Below, in pieces: positions 1 through 8,924 of a stretch of DNA of 28,798 nucleotides. The position numbers were made by a program, and so were the translations under genes. The notes beneath the pieces were generated by a model. The model saw only the letters and a list, made by a program, of their open reading frames with translations. It did no database searches and was not told where the DNA came from. The number at the start of each line of letters is the position of its first letter. Positions within the stretch are counted from its first letter, which is position 1. Source of the stretch: Dehalococcoidia bacterium (GTDB lineage Bacteria > Chloroflexota > Dehalococcoidia > DSTF01 > JACRBR01); assembly GCA_035574215.1 (NCBI GenBank), contig DATLZC010000109.1:1-28798 (forward strand), written 5' to 3'.

Positions 1-600
1 CTCCGCCTGGTGTTCCGCCACAACCGCTGGGACGTGCTCGCGATGGCGTCGCTCCTGACGCGGCTCGCGATGGCCGTCGACGGCGACACCGAGGACGCGC
101 GCGAGCGTCTCGGCGTCGCCGCGTGGCACGAGCGCCGGGGCGAGCGCGCGAGGGCCGTCGGCGCCTACGCCGGGGCGCTCCCGGAGCTGACCGCAGCGGA
201 GCGGGCGCACGCGCTGCGCCGCCTCGCCCTGCTGTACCGGCGCGAGCGTCGCTGGCACGAGGCTGCGGCGCTCTGGCGCGAGCTCGCGGCGGCGGGCGAT
301 CGCGACGCGCTCATCGAGGTGGCCAAGCACCTCGAGCACCGGGAGCGCGACTACGCGGGCGCGCTCGAGGCGTGCGAGCGGGCGGCGGCGCTGAGCGACT
401 CCCCCGAGTTGCGGCATCGCATGGAGCGGCTGCGCCGGAAGCTCGCGAGCCGGCCGGCCGAAGAAAGGACGGAGCCATGGCCACCTGGGGAGCGTTCGAA
501 CGGGCGGCGCCCCTTCTTGCGCGCCTGGGACGCGAACGCCTGGAGCCGCGGCGCCTCGCCTTCATCGGGACGCTGCGGCGCGACGGTGGGCCGCGCCTGA
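1..600 (+). CDS. C-terminal part of a YprB-like (RNase H-like plus TPR) protein, 5' truncated by the window edge
   Basis: The frame is open from base 1 (LRLVFRHNRWDVLAMASL), resembling the HNxxDv end of RNase_H_2/YprB domains. It is followed by TPR-like helices (HEAAALWRELAA, ALIEVAKHLEHRERDYAGAL, RMERLRRK). The last ~40 codons overlap the next gene. Confidence 0.6.
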   Translation, partial: LRLVFRHNRWDVLAMASLLTRLAMAVDGDTEDARERLGVAAWHERRGERARAVGAYAGALPELTAAERAHALRRLALLYRRERRWHEAAALWRELAAAGDRDALIEVAKHLEHRERDYAGALEACERAAALSDSPELRHRMERLRRKLASRPAEERTEPWPPGERSNGRRPFLRAWDANAWSRGASPSSGRCGATVGRA

Positions 601-1007
601 GCCCGGTCGAGGTCCTGTTCGTCGATGACCACCTGTACGTCGGCATGATGCCGCGCTCGATGAAAGCGCGGGATCTGTTCCGGGATCCCCGCTGTGCGTT
701 GCATAGCCCGACCACCGACCCGAATGGCGAGGAGGGCGACTTCAAGCTCTACGGACGCGCGATCCCGGCGGCGGACCCTGCGCTTCGCGCCCGCCTCCAC
801 GACGCCGTGTTCGAGGCCACGGGATGGCGTCCACCTGACGAAGCGCACGATTTCACCATCGACATCGAGTTGGCGGCGTTCGCGCTGTTCGGGGCGGGAG
901 CGCCCGAGCTTGCGCGGCAGGCGGAACGTGAGGGCGGCCTCCGCGTGCGGTTCATGCCGGGAAGCGCTGGAACCCCGAACGTCGCCCTCGTCTGGCGCGC
1001 GCCGTAG
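477..1007 (+). CDS. Pyridoxamine 5'-phosphate oxidase-family (PPOX class, flavin/F420-binding split beta-barrel) protein
   Basis: ATG at 477 after AAGGACGGAG. Motifs AFIGTLRRDGGPRLSPV, SMKARDLFRDPRCALHS and GDFKLYGRA are typical of PPOX-family proteins. The listed ORF start at 123 is a GC-rich extension. Confidence 0.75.
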   Translation: MATWGAFERAAPLLARLGRERLEPRRLAFIGTLRRDGGPRLSPVEVLFVDDHLYVGMMPRSMKARDLFRDPRCALHSPTTDPNGEEGDFKLYGRAIPAADPALRARLHDAVFEATGWRPPDEAHDFTIDIELAAFALFGAGAPELARQAEREGGLRVRFMPGSAGTPNVALVWRAP

Positions 1008-1024
1008 ACGCTCGCCAGGCGACG

Positions 1025-4000
1025 TTAGGGAGCTCTCGCCAGCGGTGGCCCCGGGATCGGCTTCGGCGTCACCCGGTAGATGGCGGTGGAGCCGTTGTCG
1101 AACGCCTTGTCCAGACGCCCGTTGAGGCCGGCGGCGATGTTCTCGAGCCCTGGCCCCGGGAAGTAGTTGCGCTCGAGCTCGCCGACGATGACATATCGCA
1201 CGTCGTAGCGGTCCAGGATCGCGATCTGCTCGGCGGGGTCCGGCGAGGTGTAGAACCTGGTCACGTCTTCCTGGCGCTTGGTGACCAGGATGCCGTACTT
1301 GCCCCGCTGCTGGCGCTGGTGCCAGTCCCACCCGGCGACCGCGGGCAAGCCCGTGTAGATGGAGTAGCGCGAGCCCCATCGGTACCCGGGCGTCACGCCC
1401 TCCATGATCGCGGGCGACCCCTCGACGTGCTCGCGCATCCACAGGATGCCCTCGTAGTCCTTCGACAGGTCGATGGTCCCCATGTCGTCGAAGTCGTTGA
1501 ACACCGCGTGCGCCATGTAGTTCATGCCGTTGATGGATCGGGGCAGGTCAGCGAAGCGCTCGTCGATGCGCTGGGGGAGCGCCAGGATGGGATACAGCGC
1601 GACGCCCACCAGCGTGACGGCGAGCGCGGACGCGAACGCAGGCGCGAGGTACGGGCGCAGCGCCCCCAGAGACGACCCGACGGCGCGGGCCGCCCGGAGG
1701 GCCCGGACGTCCGGGCGCATGACGGCCGTGAGATACCAGACGCCCACGGCGGACGCCAGCCCGAACAGCAGCCAGGCGTGCAGGTAGAACTTGAAGACGG
1801 TGTTCATCCGGGTGATGTCGTCGTTCAGCGTGATGAGGTCGACGCCGCCGCCCAGGGCGAACGCCATACCGAACATGGCGAGGACGAACAGCCGCACATG
1901 GCTGTCCGGTTTGGGCCTCGCAATCTCGCGCGCCGCGAGCCATGCCACCACCGCGAGCATGACGACGGCGAGCGCGACCACACCCATGCGGCCGCGCTGG
2001 GTGGCGGCGAACACGAAGACCGCGGGCAGTGCGATGAGCAGCGCCCCCATCGACAGGGACACGCCCGTGCCCGAGCGGAGCGACGCCATCGCCGGCGTTC
2101 GCCCGAGAGAGCGGTACAACCAGACGCCCAGGATCGCCGCAGCCAGGAGGACGAACAATCCGAAGTGCCACAGGTAGTCGTCGAGCTGAGTCGTCTGCTC
2201 GGCGCGGTGGAAGCCGGTCGCGGGCGCCAGGAAATGGCGCGAGGCCGGCGAGAAGAGGGCGAGCGACACAGCGAGCACCGCCGCCGACTTCAGGAGCCAC
2301 ATCCCCAGCGTCGAGAGCCGGAGCCCGCCGTCGCCGCGCCACTGGGAGATGAGGAGGGTCGCCGACGCCAGAAGCCCGAACGTAGGGTAATCCCACGAGT
2401 TGGTCCAGCGCGCCGTCCCCACCAGCAGCCCCAGAAGACCCACGAACGTCCACTCCACGGCGAGCCGGCGGCCCCGCGGCCAGCCCCGCGCCTCGCGCGC
2501 CGACGCCACCGCCGCGAGCCCGACCGCCAGGGACAGCAGCGACACCGGGATCACCATCAGATGGGCGTGCAGGTCGGCGAACATGAACGTGAACATCGGG
2601 AATTCGGTGATGGGCGCCGCCTGATTTGCCTGGTCCGGCGTCAGGTGAATGGCCCGGCTCGGATCCCAGTAGTCGTAGGGGATCGTCTCGCCCCGGAGCA
2701 GCTCCAGCGCGCCTCCGGCGACCTCGACGACCGGGCCCACCACGGGCACGTTCGACTGCCAGGGCGACGCCTCGGACAGGCGGTCGAGTCCCTGCGCCAT
2801 GCCCCGGAAATTGCCGGCGAGCACGACCAGGAACACCGCGAGCCCGGCGGCCCACAGGGACGACCACGCAGGGATCGGACGGAACCCGGGCGACCGCTTC
2901 AGCGCGCGGCGGGCCAGCTCCACGAGGTTGTACGCGATCGACGCCACCACGCCGACGGTGAAGGCGAAGTACGTCGGCAGGGCCAGGTTGAACGCGATCT
3001 CCGGGAGAATGCCCGTGAGCTTGATGACGTTCGCGGTCATGAACTGGCCGTAGTAGTAGTAGTTGATGTAGCCGCCCGCATACCACGGGTCGTACGGCGG
3101 CATCGTGGTGCTGCGGGTGACCGCGTTCAGGTACGCGAGCTCCATCGGCTTCTCGCCGCCGCGGAACGGGTGCCAGAGGTCGGGGTTGGCGAGGCGGACG
3201 CCGTACGCCGCGAGGAACGCCGCAATGAAGAGCGCCTCGGCGAGGGCGAGGCCGCGCCAGCGCTCGCGGACGAGCTCCCGAACCTGGGGACCCCAGACAC
3301 TCCGTGTTGCGACGCCGAACAAGAGGATGGCGACGAACACGCCGTACACGACCGGTCGCGTGAAGTCGACCAGACGGAACGATACGGGGCCCCAGACGAG
3401 ATACGCGAAGACGATGAACCCCAAAGGCTTCGTAAGGAGATAGCCGCGGTCGGGCAGCGCGCGGAACAGCACGGAGGCGAGGGGGAGCATCGCGAAGCCG
3501 AGAAGCTCGACGACGGCGAACCAGACGATGAGCGGGTGCTGATTCGCGAAGCTCCTGGCGTCGAAGATGGCGGTCCACGTCCCGCCCGCACGCTGCTTCT
3601 CGAGCTCATCCGGCCGAAGCTGAAGCGCGTTCTTCCCCGCCTCCTTCGGCGTCATCCGCACCGCCGTCTCCGCCTTTTCGACTCCGAGTACGGCGGCCGC
3701 GCGTTCTCTACTGTACGCCGAGGTCTTGCGGTAGATCGTGACGGGCGGATGGTCGTACACCGTCCACGACTCCTCGGCGCTGCGGTCCTGAATCGACACA
3801 CCGAAGATCTCGGGCGGATTCACGAACTCGGCGGCCTTCTCGAAGCCGAGTTCGCCGCTCCGCAACGCCTCGTAGTACCGCGTCGTGACGGGCCAGATGG
3901 CGGGAGCGCGGGGAATGCTCCCCGAGAGGCGATTGCTGGTCAAGATGACATAATCAACGGCGTCCAGGTTGTCGAGCAGCCGGCGGACCTTATCCGGGTC

Positions 4001-5626
4001 GTCGATGTCGTAGTTCTGAAACTCGACGTGCCGGTACTGGTTCGGACCGGCGAACGGAAGGCTGTCGTCCCAGTGTTCGACGCCGAGTGTCGAGCCAGCA
4101 GGGATGTTCTCGTGGATCCACTGCGACGCCTGCACACGGGTCACGGGCTCCATGTAGATGCTGAAGTAGGCGAGTCCCCACGCCGCCGTCAGGGCCACGA
4201 CGGCGGCCCCGGCGATGGTCGCGGCGAGGTGCGCGAGGCGGCCAGCGAGAGCAAGGCGCTCGCGCTGAGCGCGCGGCGCAGCTCCCGCGAACCCGCGGCT
4301 CCAGTCCCACATATGGAGGAGCAGAACCGCGGCGAGGGCAGCCAGCGTCGGGTACAGGGGGAGGAAGTACCGCATGTACAGCGAGAATTGCCCGCCCATG
4401 AAGCCGAAGTAGCCCACCACCCATGAGAGCGGCACCAGCCACACGAGCTCGCGGCGCGCCACGACCCGCCATGTCAGGTAACCGACCGCCAACCAGGCGG
4501 TCACCCCGAGGGGGACGCCCATCCCCCAGAGGGCCATCTGCTGCAGGGGCCACAACCATGGGACGCGCCCGATCCACTGCACGTTCGGGGGGAACGACGA
4601 GCCATCGAGGAGCGCCCGTTGGTCGAGTTCGTCTTGCAGCCAGTGAGGATTCAGACGGATCGTCCAGAACAGGATGTCCTGCCATGAGGGCGCATTGAAG
4701 GCGTACGGCATCGCAATCCGGAAGGCCGCGAACGCCCCGATCGTCGCTACGAGACACAGTCCGAGCGCCCCCAGCAGCGGCTTGCGCGCCGACGCCCAGT
4801 CTAGCCGGGCGTCCCGCTGCGAGCGCCACATCGCTTCGAGCCAAGGTCGGAGGACGGGCCACGCTCGCAGGGACGCGCCCAGCAACACCACGGGGAGCAG
4901 TGAAACGACCGTCACCTTCGACGCCGTCCCGAAGCCGAGGGCTATCCCCGCCAGCAGCGCGCTGCCCCAGCCGCCGCCCTGGGCGAGACGGATGGCGAAG
5001 TACACCGCGACCGAGGCGAAAAACGTGGCGTACGGGTCGACGACGAAGAAGTGACTGTGCTGGATGGGGAGGGGCGCGAAGGCGTAGAGCGTCGCGGCCA
5101 CGACCCCTGCGCGCCTGTCGAGCAGGCGGCTCGCCGTCAGAAAGACCATGAGGATGGTCGCCGAGTCGATGATTCCCGTGAGGGCGCGTCCCGCCCGGTG
5201 CGCGAGGTCGTACGTGTCCCAGTCGCGGTCGGCGAAGCCCAGCGTGAGGAGCCGGGTGTTCGAGGCCACGAACTTCCCGAGGAAGAGCGGCAGCTCCCCG
5301 TACACGTAGGTGTCGTGGTTCCGGTTGTAGGGGTTGAGCGGCGAGCGCTCCGTGTCAAAATAATCCCCAATCGAGTCGGGCGCGCGGATGTCGAGAAGAA
5401 CGGTAGTGATGAAGCGCTCGTCCGGGTGCAGGTGGAGGCTCTGGCCCGAGACGTCGGCGTCCCAGTTGTTGTGGGCCAGCCGCAGATACGCGCCAAGAGC
5501 GACGATGATGACGAGCAACGCGAGGGTGAGGCTCTCCACCCTTGCCGTCGAAAGGGCTCGCAGGCGCGCCAGCGCGCCGGTGCCGGTGGCGAGTTCCCCC
5601 GTCACGGGGGCGGCTCGTTCGGTCAT
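1025..5626 (-). CDS. Large polytopic membrane protein: N-terminal GT-C (PMT_2/GT39-like) glycosyltransferase fused to a DUF2298 / Chlor_Arch_YYY domain
   Basis: 1533 aa with many hydrophobic segments. The N-module has HPDERF and YVYGELP. The C-module has GGEKPME, PPYDPWYAGGYINYYYYG, ITEFPMFTFMFADLHAH, TNSWDYP and RMNTVFKFY, plus a soluble C-terminal domain (YTGLPAVAGWDWHQRQQR, YDVRYVIVGELER). Confidence 0.85.
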   Translation of the reverse strand: MTERAAPVTGELATGTGALARLRALSTARVESLTLALLVIIVALGAYLRLAHNNWDADVSGQSLHLHPDERFITTVLLDIRAPDSIGDYFDTERSPLNPYNRNHDTYVYGELPLFLGKFVASNTRLLTLGFADRDWDTYDLAHRAGRALTGIIDSATILMVFLTASRLLDRRAGVVAATLYAFAPLPIQHSHFFVVDPYATFFASVAVYFAIRLAQGGGWGSALLAGIALGFGTASKVTVVSLLPVVLLGASLRAWPVLRPWLEAMWRSQRDARLDWASARKPLLGALGLCLVATIGAFAAFRIAMPYAFNAPSWQDILFWTIRLNPHWLQDELDQRALLDGSSFPPNVQWIGRVPWLWPLQQMALWGMGVPLGVTAWLAVGYLTWRVVARRELVWLVPLSWVVGYFGFMGGQFSLYMRYFLPLYPTLAALAAVLLLHMWDWSRGFAGAAPRAQRERLALAGRLAHLAATIAGAAVVALTAAWGLAYFSIYMEPVTRVQASQWIHENIPAGSTLGVEHWDDSLPFAGPNQYRHVEFQNYDIDDPDKVRRLLDNLDAVDYVILTSNRLSGSIPRAPAIWPVTTRYYEALRSGELGFEKAAEFVNPPEIFGVSIQDRSAEESWTVYDHPPVTIYRKTSAYSRERAAAVLGVEKAETAVRMTPKEAGKNALQLRPDELEKQRAGGTWTAIFDARSFANQHPLIVWFAVVELLGFAMLPLASVLFRALPDRGYLLTKPLGFIVFAYLVWGPVSFRLVDFTRPVVYGVFVAILLFGVATRSVWGPQVRELVRERWRGLALAEALFIAAFLAAYGVRLANPDLWHPFRGGEKPMELAYLNAVTRSTTMPPYDPWYAGGYINYYYYGQFMTANVIKLTGILPEIAFNLALPTYFAFTVGVVASIAYNLVELARRALKRSPGFRPIPAWSSLWAAGLAVFLVVLAGNFRGMAQGLDRLSEASPWQSNVPVVGPVVEVAGGALELLRGETIPYDYWDPSRAIHLTPDQANQAAPITEFPMFTFMFADLHAHLMVIPVSLLSLAVGLAAVASAREARGWPRGRRLAVEWTFVGLLGLLVGTARWTNSWDYPTFGLLASATLLISQWRGDGGLRLSTLGMWLLKSAAVLAVSLALFSPASRHFLAPATGFHRAEQTTQLDDYLWHFGLFVLLAAAILGVWLYRSLGRTPAMASLRSGTGVSLSMGALLIALPAVFVFAATQRGRMGVVALAVVMLAVVAWLAAREIARPKPDSHVRLFVLAMFGMAFALGGGVDLITLNDDITRMNTVFKFYLHAWLLFGLASAVGVWYLTAVMRPDVRALRAARAVGSSLGALRPYLAPAFASALAVTLVGVALYPILALPQRIDERFADLPRSINGMNYMAHAVFNDFDDMGTIDLSKDYEGILWMREHVEGSPAIMEGVTPGYRWGSRYSIYTGLPAVAGWDWHQRQQRGKYGILVTKRQEDVTRFYTSPDPAEQIAILDRYDVRYVIVGELERNYFPGPGLENIAAGLNGRLDKAFDNGSTAIYRVTPKPIPGPPLARAP

Positions 5627-5661
5627 GTACGCTCTCGCCGGATGGGCGTCGTATCGAGCCG

Positions 5662-5670
5662 ATGATAACA
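5662..5670 (-). promoter_or_regulatory. Candidate extended -10 element (TGtTATCAT) for the DUF2298 fusion gene
   Basis: Minus-strand TGnTATCAT lies 35 nt upstream of the ATG at 5626 in the short divergent intergenic region. There is no matching -35. Confidence 0.3.
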
Positions 5671-5683
5671 GAGGCGCACGTCA

Positions 5684-7123
5684 ATGACCCCGTGCGCGAC
5701 CGCGCGGTCGTGGTTCGCAGGGAGTATCGGCCGCCTCGCCCGGTTCATGACCGGGAGGCGAGCCGAGCTCGTGCTGGCGTGTCTCATTCTTGCCGCCGCG
5801 ACTGCGGTCCGCGTGGTCAAACTGGATACGCTCCCCCGGATTCTCGCAGGGGACGAGCTGGATAACCTCCAAACCGCATATCACATCATCGAAGGGACCG
5901 GGCCTGGGCCGTTCGGCTTCGACTGGAAACCAGCGCCCGCGCTGGGCCTGTACCCCCTCGCGTGGAGCGTGCGAATCTTCGGTAACGGGGTCTGGTCGTT
6001 TCGCATGTTCCCTGTCGTCATGGGCGTATTGACGCTGGCGTTGTTCTACCCCCTCGCTCGGCAATCGATGCGCCCCTTCGCTGCTGTCGCATCGCTCGCG
6101 CTGCTCGGCTCGAATCTGTGGTTTCTGCACTTCTCGCGCACCGCCTGGGACAACATCAATTCTGCGCTGTTCGCGGTCGGCGCCTGCCTGTGTGCGAGCA
6201 GGGCGATCGATTCCCGTGGGTGGCGGTGGTGGGCAGGCGCGGGCGCGTTCAGCGCGCTGGGAATGTACGGCTACTTCACGGGGCGGTTCATCATCGTCGC
6301 GGTGCTGGTGCAGGTGGCGTTGGCGGTGGCATTGCGAACGTTGTCGTGGCGAGACGCCGTGCGCGGTGGGGCGCTCGTCACGCTGATCGCAGCCGTACTC
6401 GTTGCGCCACTGGCGGTGAACGTCCTCGAGGACTGGGACTATTTCAACCGCCGAACCCAGATGGTGTCGGTCTTCAATACGAAACAACCCTACGAAGGCG
6501 ATACGAACGGCTGGGTCATCGCGGCGAAAAACGTGGTGCGGAACTATCGGGGCTTCGTATTGCAGGATGGCTCGGAGTTCCGCCGCGGTCTGTGGACCCG
6601 CTACGGTCCGCCGGGCGCCCCGCCGCTCGATCTGCTCACCACGCACCTGTTTTGGGTTGGGATGGTCGTGGCGGTGGTCCGATTTCGTCAGTCGTTCCAC
6701 TGGTGGCCGTACTTCATCCCGCTGTTCATCTCCGAAGTGTTCTCCCGTGGCACGCCCGACCTTGCCCGCGGCGTTCTGTTCGCCCCGTTCTACTTTTTGT
6801 ACGTAGGCCTGGGCGTGGATGCGCTCGGCCAGGTGGTGGAAACGTGGGGAAGACGGGCGACCGCGACCGCGGCTGCGATTCTTGCAATCGGCGTGGTGGC
6901 CGCCGGGGCCTGGAACATCCGCGAGTACTTCCTGTGGCAATCGAGGGATGCCGTACAGATGCAGCGGCTCCCTGGAATCGATCGCTGCGAATGGGAGCTG
7001 TGGCGGGACATGGCTCGGGAGGCGGCTCGGCTCGGGAACGGTGGAGTGAACGGTGCCGAATTCGAGGCGCGGCGGCGAGTCCTAGATTGTTCGCCCGTCG
7101 TGCGCGCGACGTGGACTCGCTGA
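5684..7123 (+). CDS. GT-C fold membrane glycosyltransferase (ArnT/PMT_2/GT39-like)
   Basis: First TM helix followed by an acidic loop motif (LAGDELDN), then WSFRMFP and WFLHFSRTAW, multiple TM helices and GYFTGRF. The start could instead be the ATG at 5747. Confidence 0.75.
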   Translation: MTPCATARSWFAGSIGRLARFMTGRRAELVLACLILAAATAVRVVKLDTLPRILAGDELDNLQTAYHIIEGTGPGPFGFDWKPAPALGLYPLAWSVRIFGNGVWSFRMFPVVMGVLTLALFYPLARQSMRPFAAVASLALLGSNLWFLHFSRTAWDNINSALFAVGACLCASRAIDSRGWRWWAGAGAFSALGMYGYFTGRFIIVAVLVQVALAVALRTLSWRDAVRGGALVTLIAAVLVAPLAVNVLEDWDYFNRRTQMVSVFNTKQPYEGDTNGWVIAAKNVVRNYRGFVLQDGSEFRRGLWTRYGPPGAPPLDLLTTHLFWVGMVVAVVRFRQSFHWWPYFIPLFISEVFSRGTPDLARGVLFAPFYFLYVGLGVDALGQVVETWGRRATATAAAILAIGVVAAGAWNIREYFLWQSRDAVQMQRLPGIDRCEWELWRDMAREAARLGNGGVNGAEFEARRRVLDCSPVVRATWTR

Positions 7124-7139
7124 CGGTGCGTGCGCTGAA

Positions 7140-8789
7140 TCAGGGGCCTGGCGCTGTTGGCGGAAGGTAATACGCGACGAATTCCACTGTCCCGTTGTGG
7201 CGTGACTCCGTAACCGTGCCTCCCGGGTACAGACGCGTCAACCGCGAAAGGTACTCCTCGTACGGCGGAAGCAGAACGTAGGCGACGCCAGTGTCACGCG
7301 TTCGCCGCAGGTCGAACGTGCCGAATTCTCTCGAACGGTCTTCTCCCTCGACTCCCGGCGCGAGGTAACGGCGCGTTTCATAACCGAAGCCCCAGCGCGC
7401 GCTGTAGAAATACACGTACGTGTCGTCGGGCAGGTCCTGCATGTACTCCGACGCCTTCGCGAGTTCCACAGCGAACGTGAAGCGTGCGAGGCCGGTATCT
7501 GGAAAATCCCGGAAATAGTACGTGAGCGCTTGGTAGCCGATGAACGCGACGACTCCCGCCACGGCCACTCGCGCCAGGATTTGCCAGTCTCGGGCGAACG
7601 ACTGCGCGCGGTCCCATAACGTTGCGAGAGGCACCGCGGCGATCACCGCGACGAACGGTACGAGGCCCAGCGATCGGCGAAACAGCGCGTTATAGGTAAA
7701 TTCGCTGGCCAACGGAAGGAAGACGAACGCTGCCAGGACGGTGGCGGCCGCCGGATTGCGCCACTTCGAGGCCAACATGAGAAGGCCCACAGCAACGAGG
7801 ACGACAGAAGCGCGATCCACCATGGCGCGCGCGCCAGCGGCGTCTGCGCCGTCAGGCTCGCCTTTCCAGAACACGGCCGAGTAGAAATCCTGGACTCGCC
7901 CGAGTGAGAAGGTGAGTTTCTCCCACGCGTCTTTCGACTTCCATTCCTCGCTCTCGAAGACCGACACGGTGCGGTGATGATTCAGGTAGCCGTTCTGTGG
8001 GTCGGCGGCATACTGAATCATCGGGAGCGCTGCGATGACCGCCGTGACGGCGAACAGCGTGAGACAGAAGGCGGGCCGCGCGATCGCGCGAAGCCACCCA
8101 CGCCAGCGGTTCTGCCCGGTCTCAGCCGCCGCGAACCATATCAGCGCGACGGCCACCGGGAGCGCGAACACGGGGTACGCGTTGTAAGTGTAGATCCCTG
8201 CCCCGAACGAAAGGCCCGCTGCCGCGAATGCAAACGGACTTCGGCTTCGAATGCCCCAAAACAGGAACGCGAGGGTGATCAGCTCCACGAGGGGCCACGA
8301 AATGACCATGAAGCCGATGCGGCTGTAATGCAGGTGCCAGAGGCTCACCGAGAGGAGGACCGCGGCGAATATCCCGACGGTCTTGGAGAACATGGTTCGG
8401 AAAGCAAGATACGCAAGGGGCACCGTGAGGGTAGCTAAGACTGCCATGGGCAGTCTGACCGCCAAAATGTCCGGGCCGAACAGCTTCTCGAAGGGCGCTA
8501 CGAAGTAGAGAGGGCCGGCCGGCTGCCCGAGCGCGCTCCCCACGTACGGCCCGATCCACCCCTCTCGCAGGATGCGTTCGGCGTCCAGCCCTGTCCATCC
8601 CTCGTCGCCGTGGAGTCCGGGAGGAATCTTCGTGAGTAACACGAGCCGGGGCACCGCCGCGAAGATGGTGAGCCCGGCAAGCAGGAGCGCCTCGGCCCGC
8701 AGGCCGGCGAGTTTACCGAGGGCGACCTTCGACAGGGACCGGAGCGCCCATCGCTCGCGGGTTGTGCTCGTGCTGACCGTCGTAGCCAC
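7140..8789 (-). CDS. GT-C fold membrane glycosyltransferase (ArnT/PMT_2/GT39-like)
   Basis: PPGLHGDEG acidic motif after TM1, AVRLPMA, WHLHYSRIGF, GIYTYNAY, and a C-terminal extracytoplasmic domain. GTG start after GAGGTAGGA. Confidence 0.8.
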   Translation of the reverse strand: MATTVSTSTTRERWALRSLSKVALGKLAGLRAEALLLAGLTIFAAVPRLVLLTKIPPGLHGDEGWTGLDAERILREGWIGPYVGSALGQPAGPLYFVAPFEKLFGPDILAVRLPMAVLATLTVPLAYLAFRTMFSKTVGIFAAVLLSVSLWHLHYSRIGFMVISWPLVELITLAFLFWGIRSRSPFAFAAAGLSFGAGIYTYNAYPVFALPVAVALIWFAAAETGQNRWRGWLRAIARPAFCLTLFAVTAVIAALPMIQYAADPQNGYLNHHRTVSVFESEEWKSKDAWEKLTFSLGRVQDFYSAVFWKGEPDGADAAGARAMVDRASVVLVAVGLLMLASKWRNPAAATVLAAFVFLPLASEFTYNALFRRSLGLVPFVAVIAAVPLATLWDRAQSFARDWQILARVAVAGVVAFIGYQALTYYFRDFPDTGLARFTFAVELAKASEYMQDLPDDTYVYFYSARWGFGYETRRYLAPGVEGEDRSREFGTFDLRRTRDTGVAYVLLPPYEEYLSRLTRLYPGGTVTESRHNGTVEFVAYYLPPTAPGP

Positions 8790-8924
8790 GCCGTCCTACC
8801 TCGAGGGTGCGAGCAGGCTTTCGCTCCCTTGGCACGAAGCTTAACCCGCCCAGGCCACCTACGTCACCCGCGGCCCATGGCTACATATCGGCAGGCGGCG
8901 AGGCTTCCACCATGGCTATGCTAG

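Noticed and set aside
1319-4426. 1035-aa plus-strand ORF antisense to the DUF2298 fusion, and similar long antisense ORFs over LLM, DUF1015, ltaE, gdhA and rpoB
   Set aside because: Same GC-bias artefact. The translations are rich in R/G/H/V/D and have no motifs.
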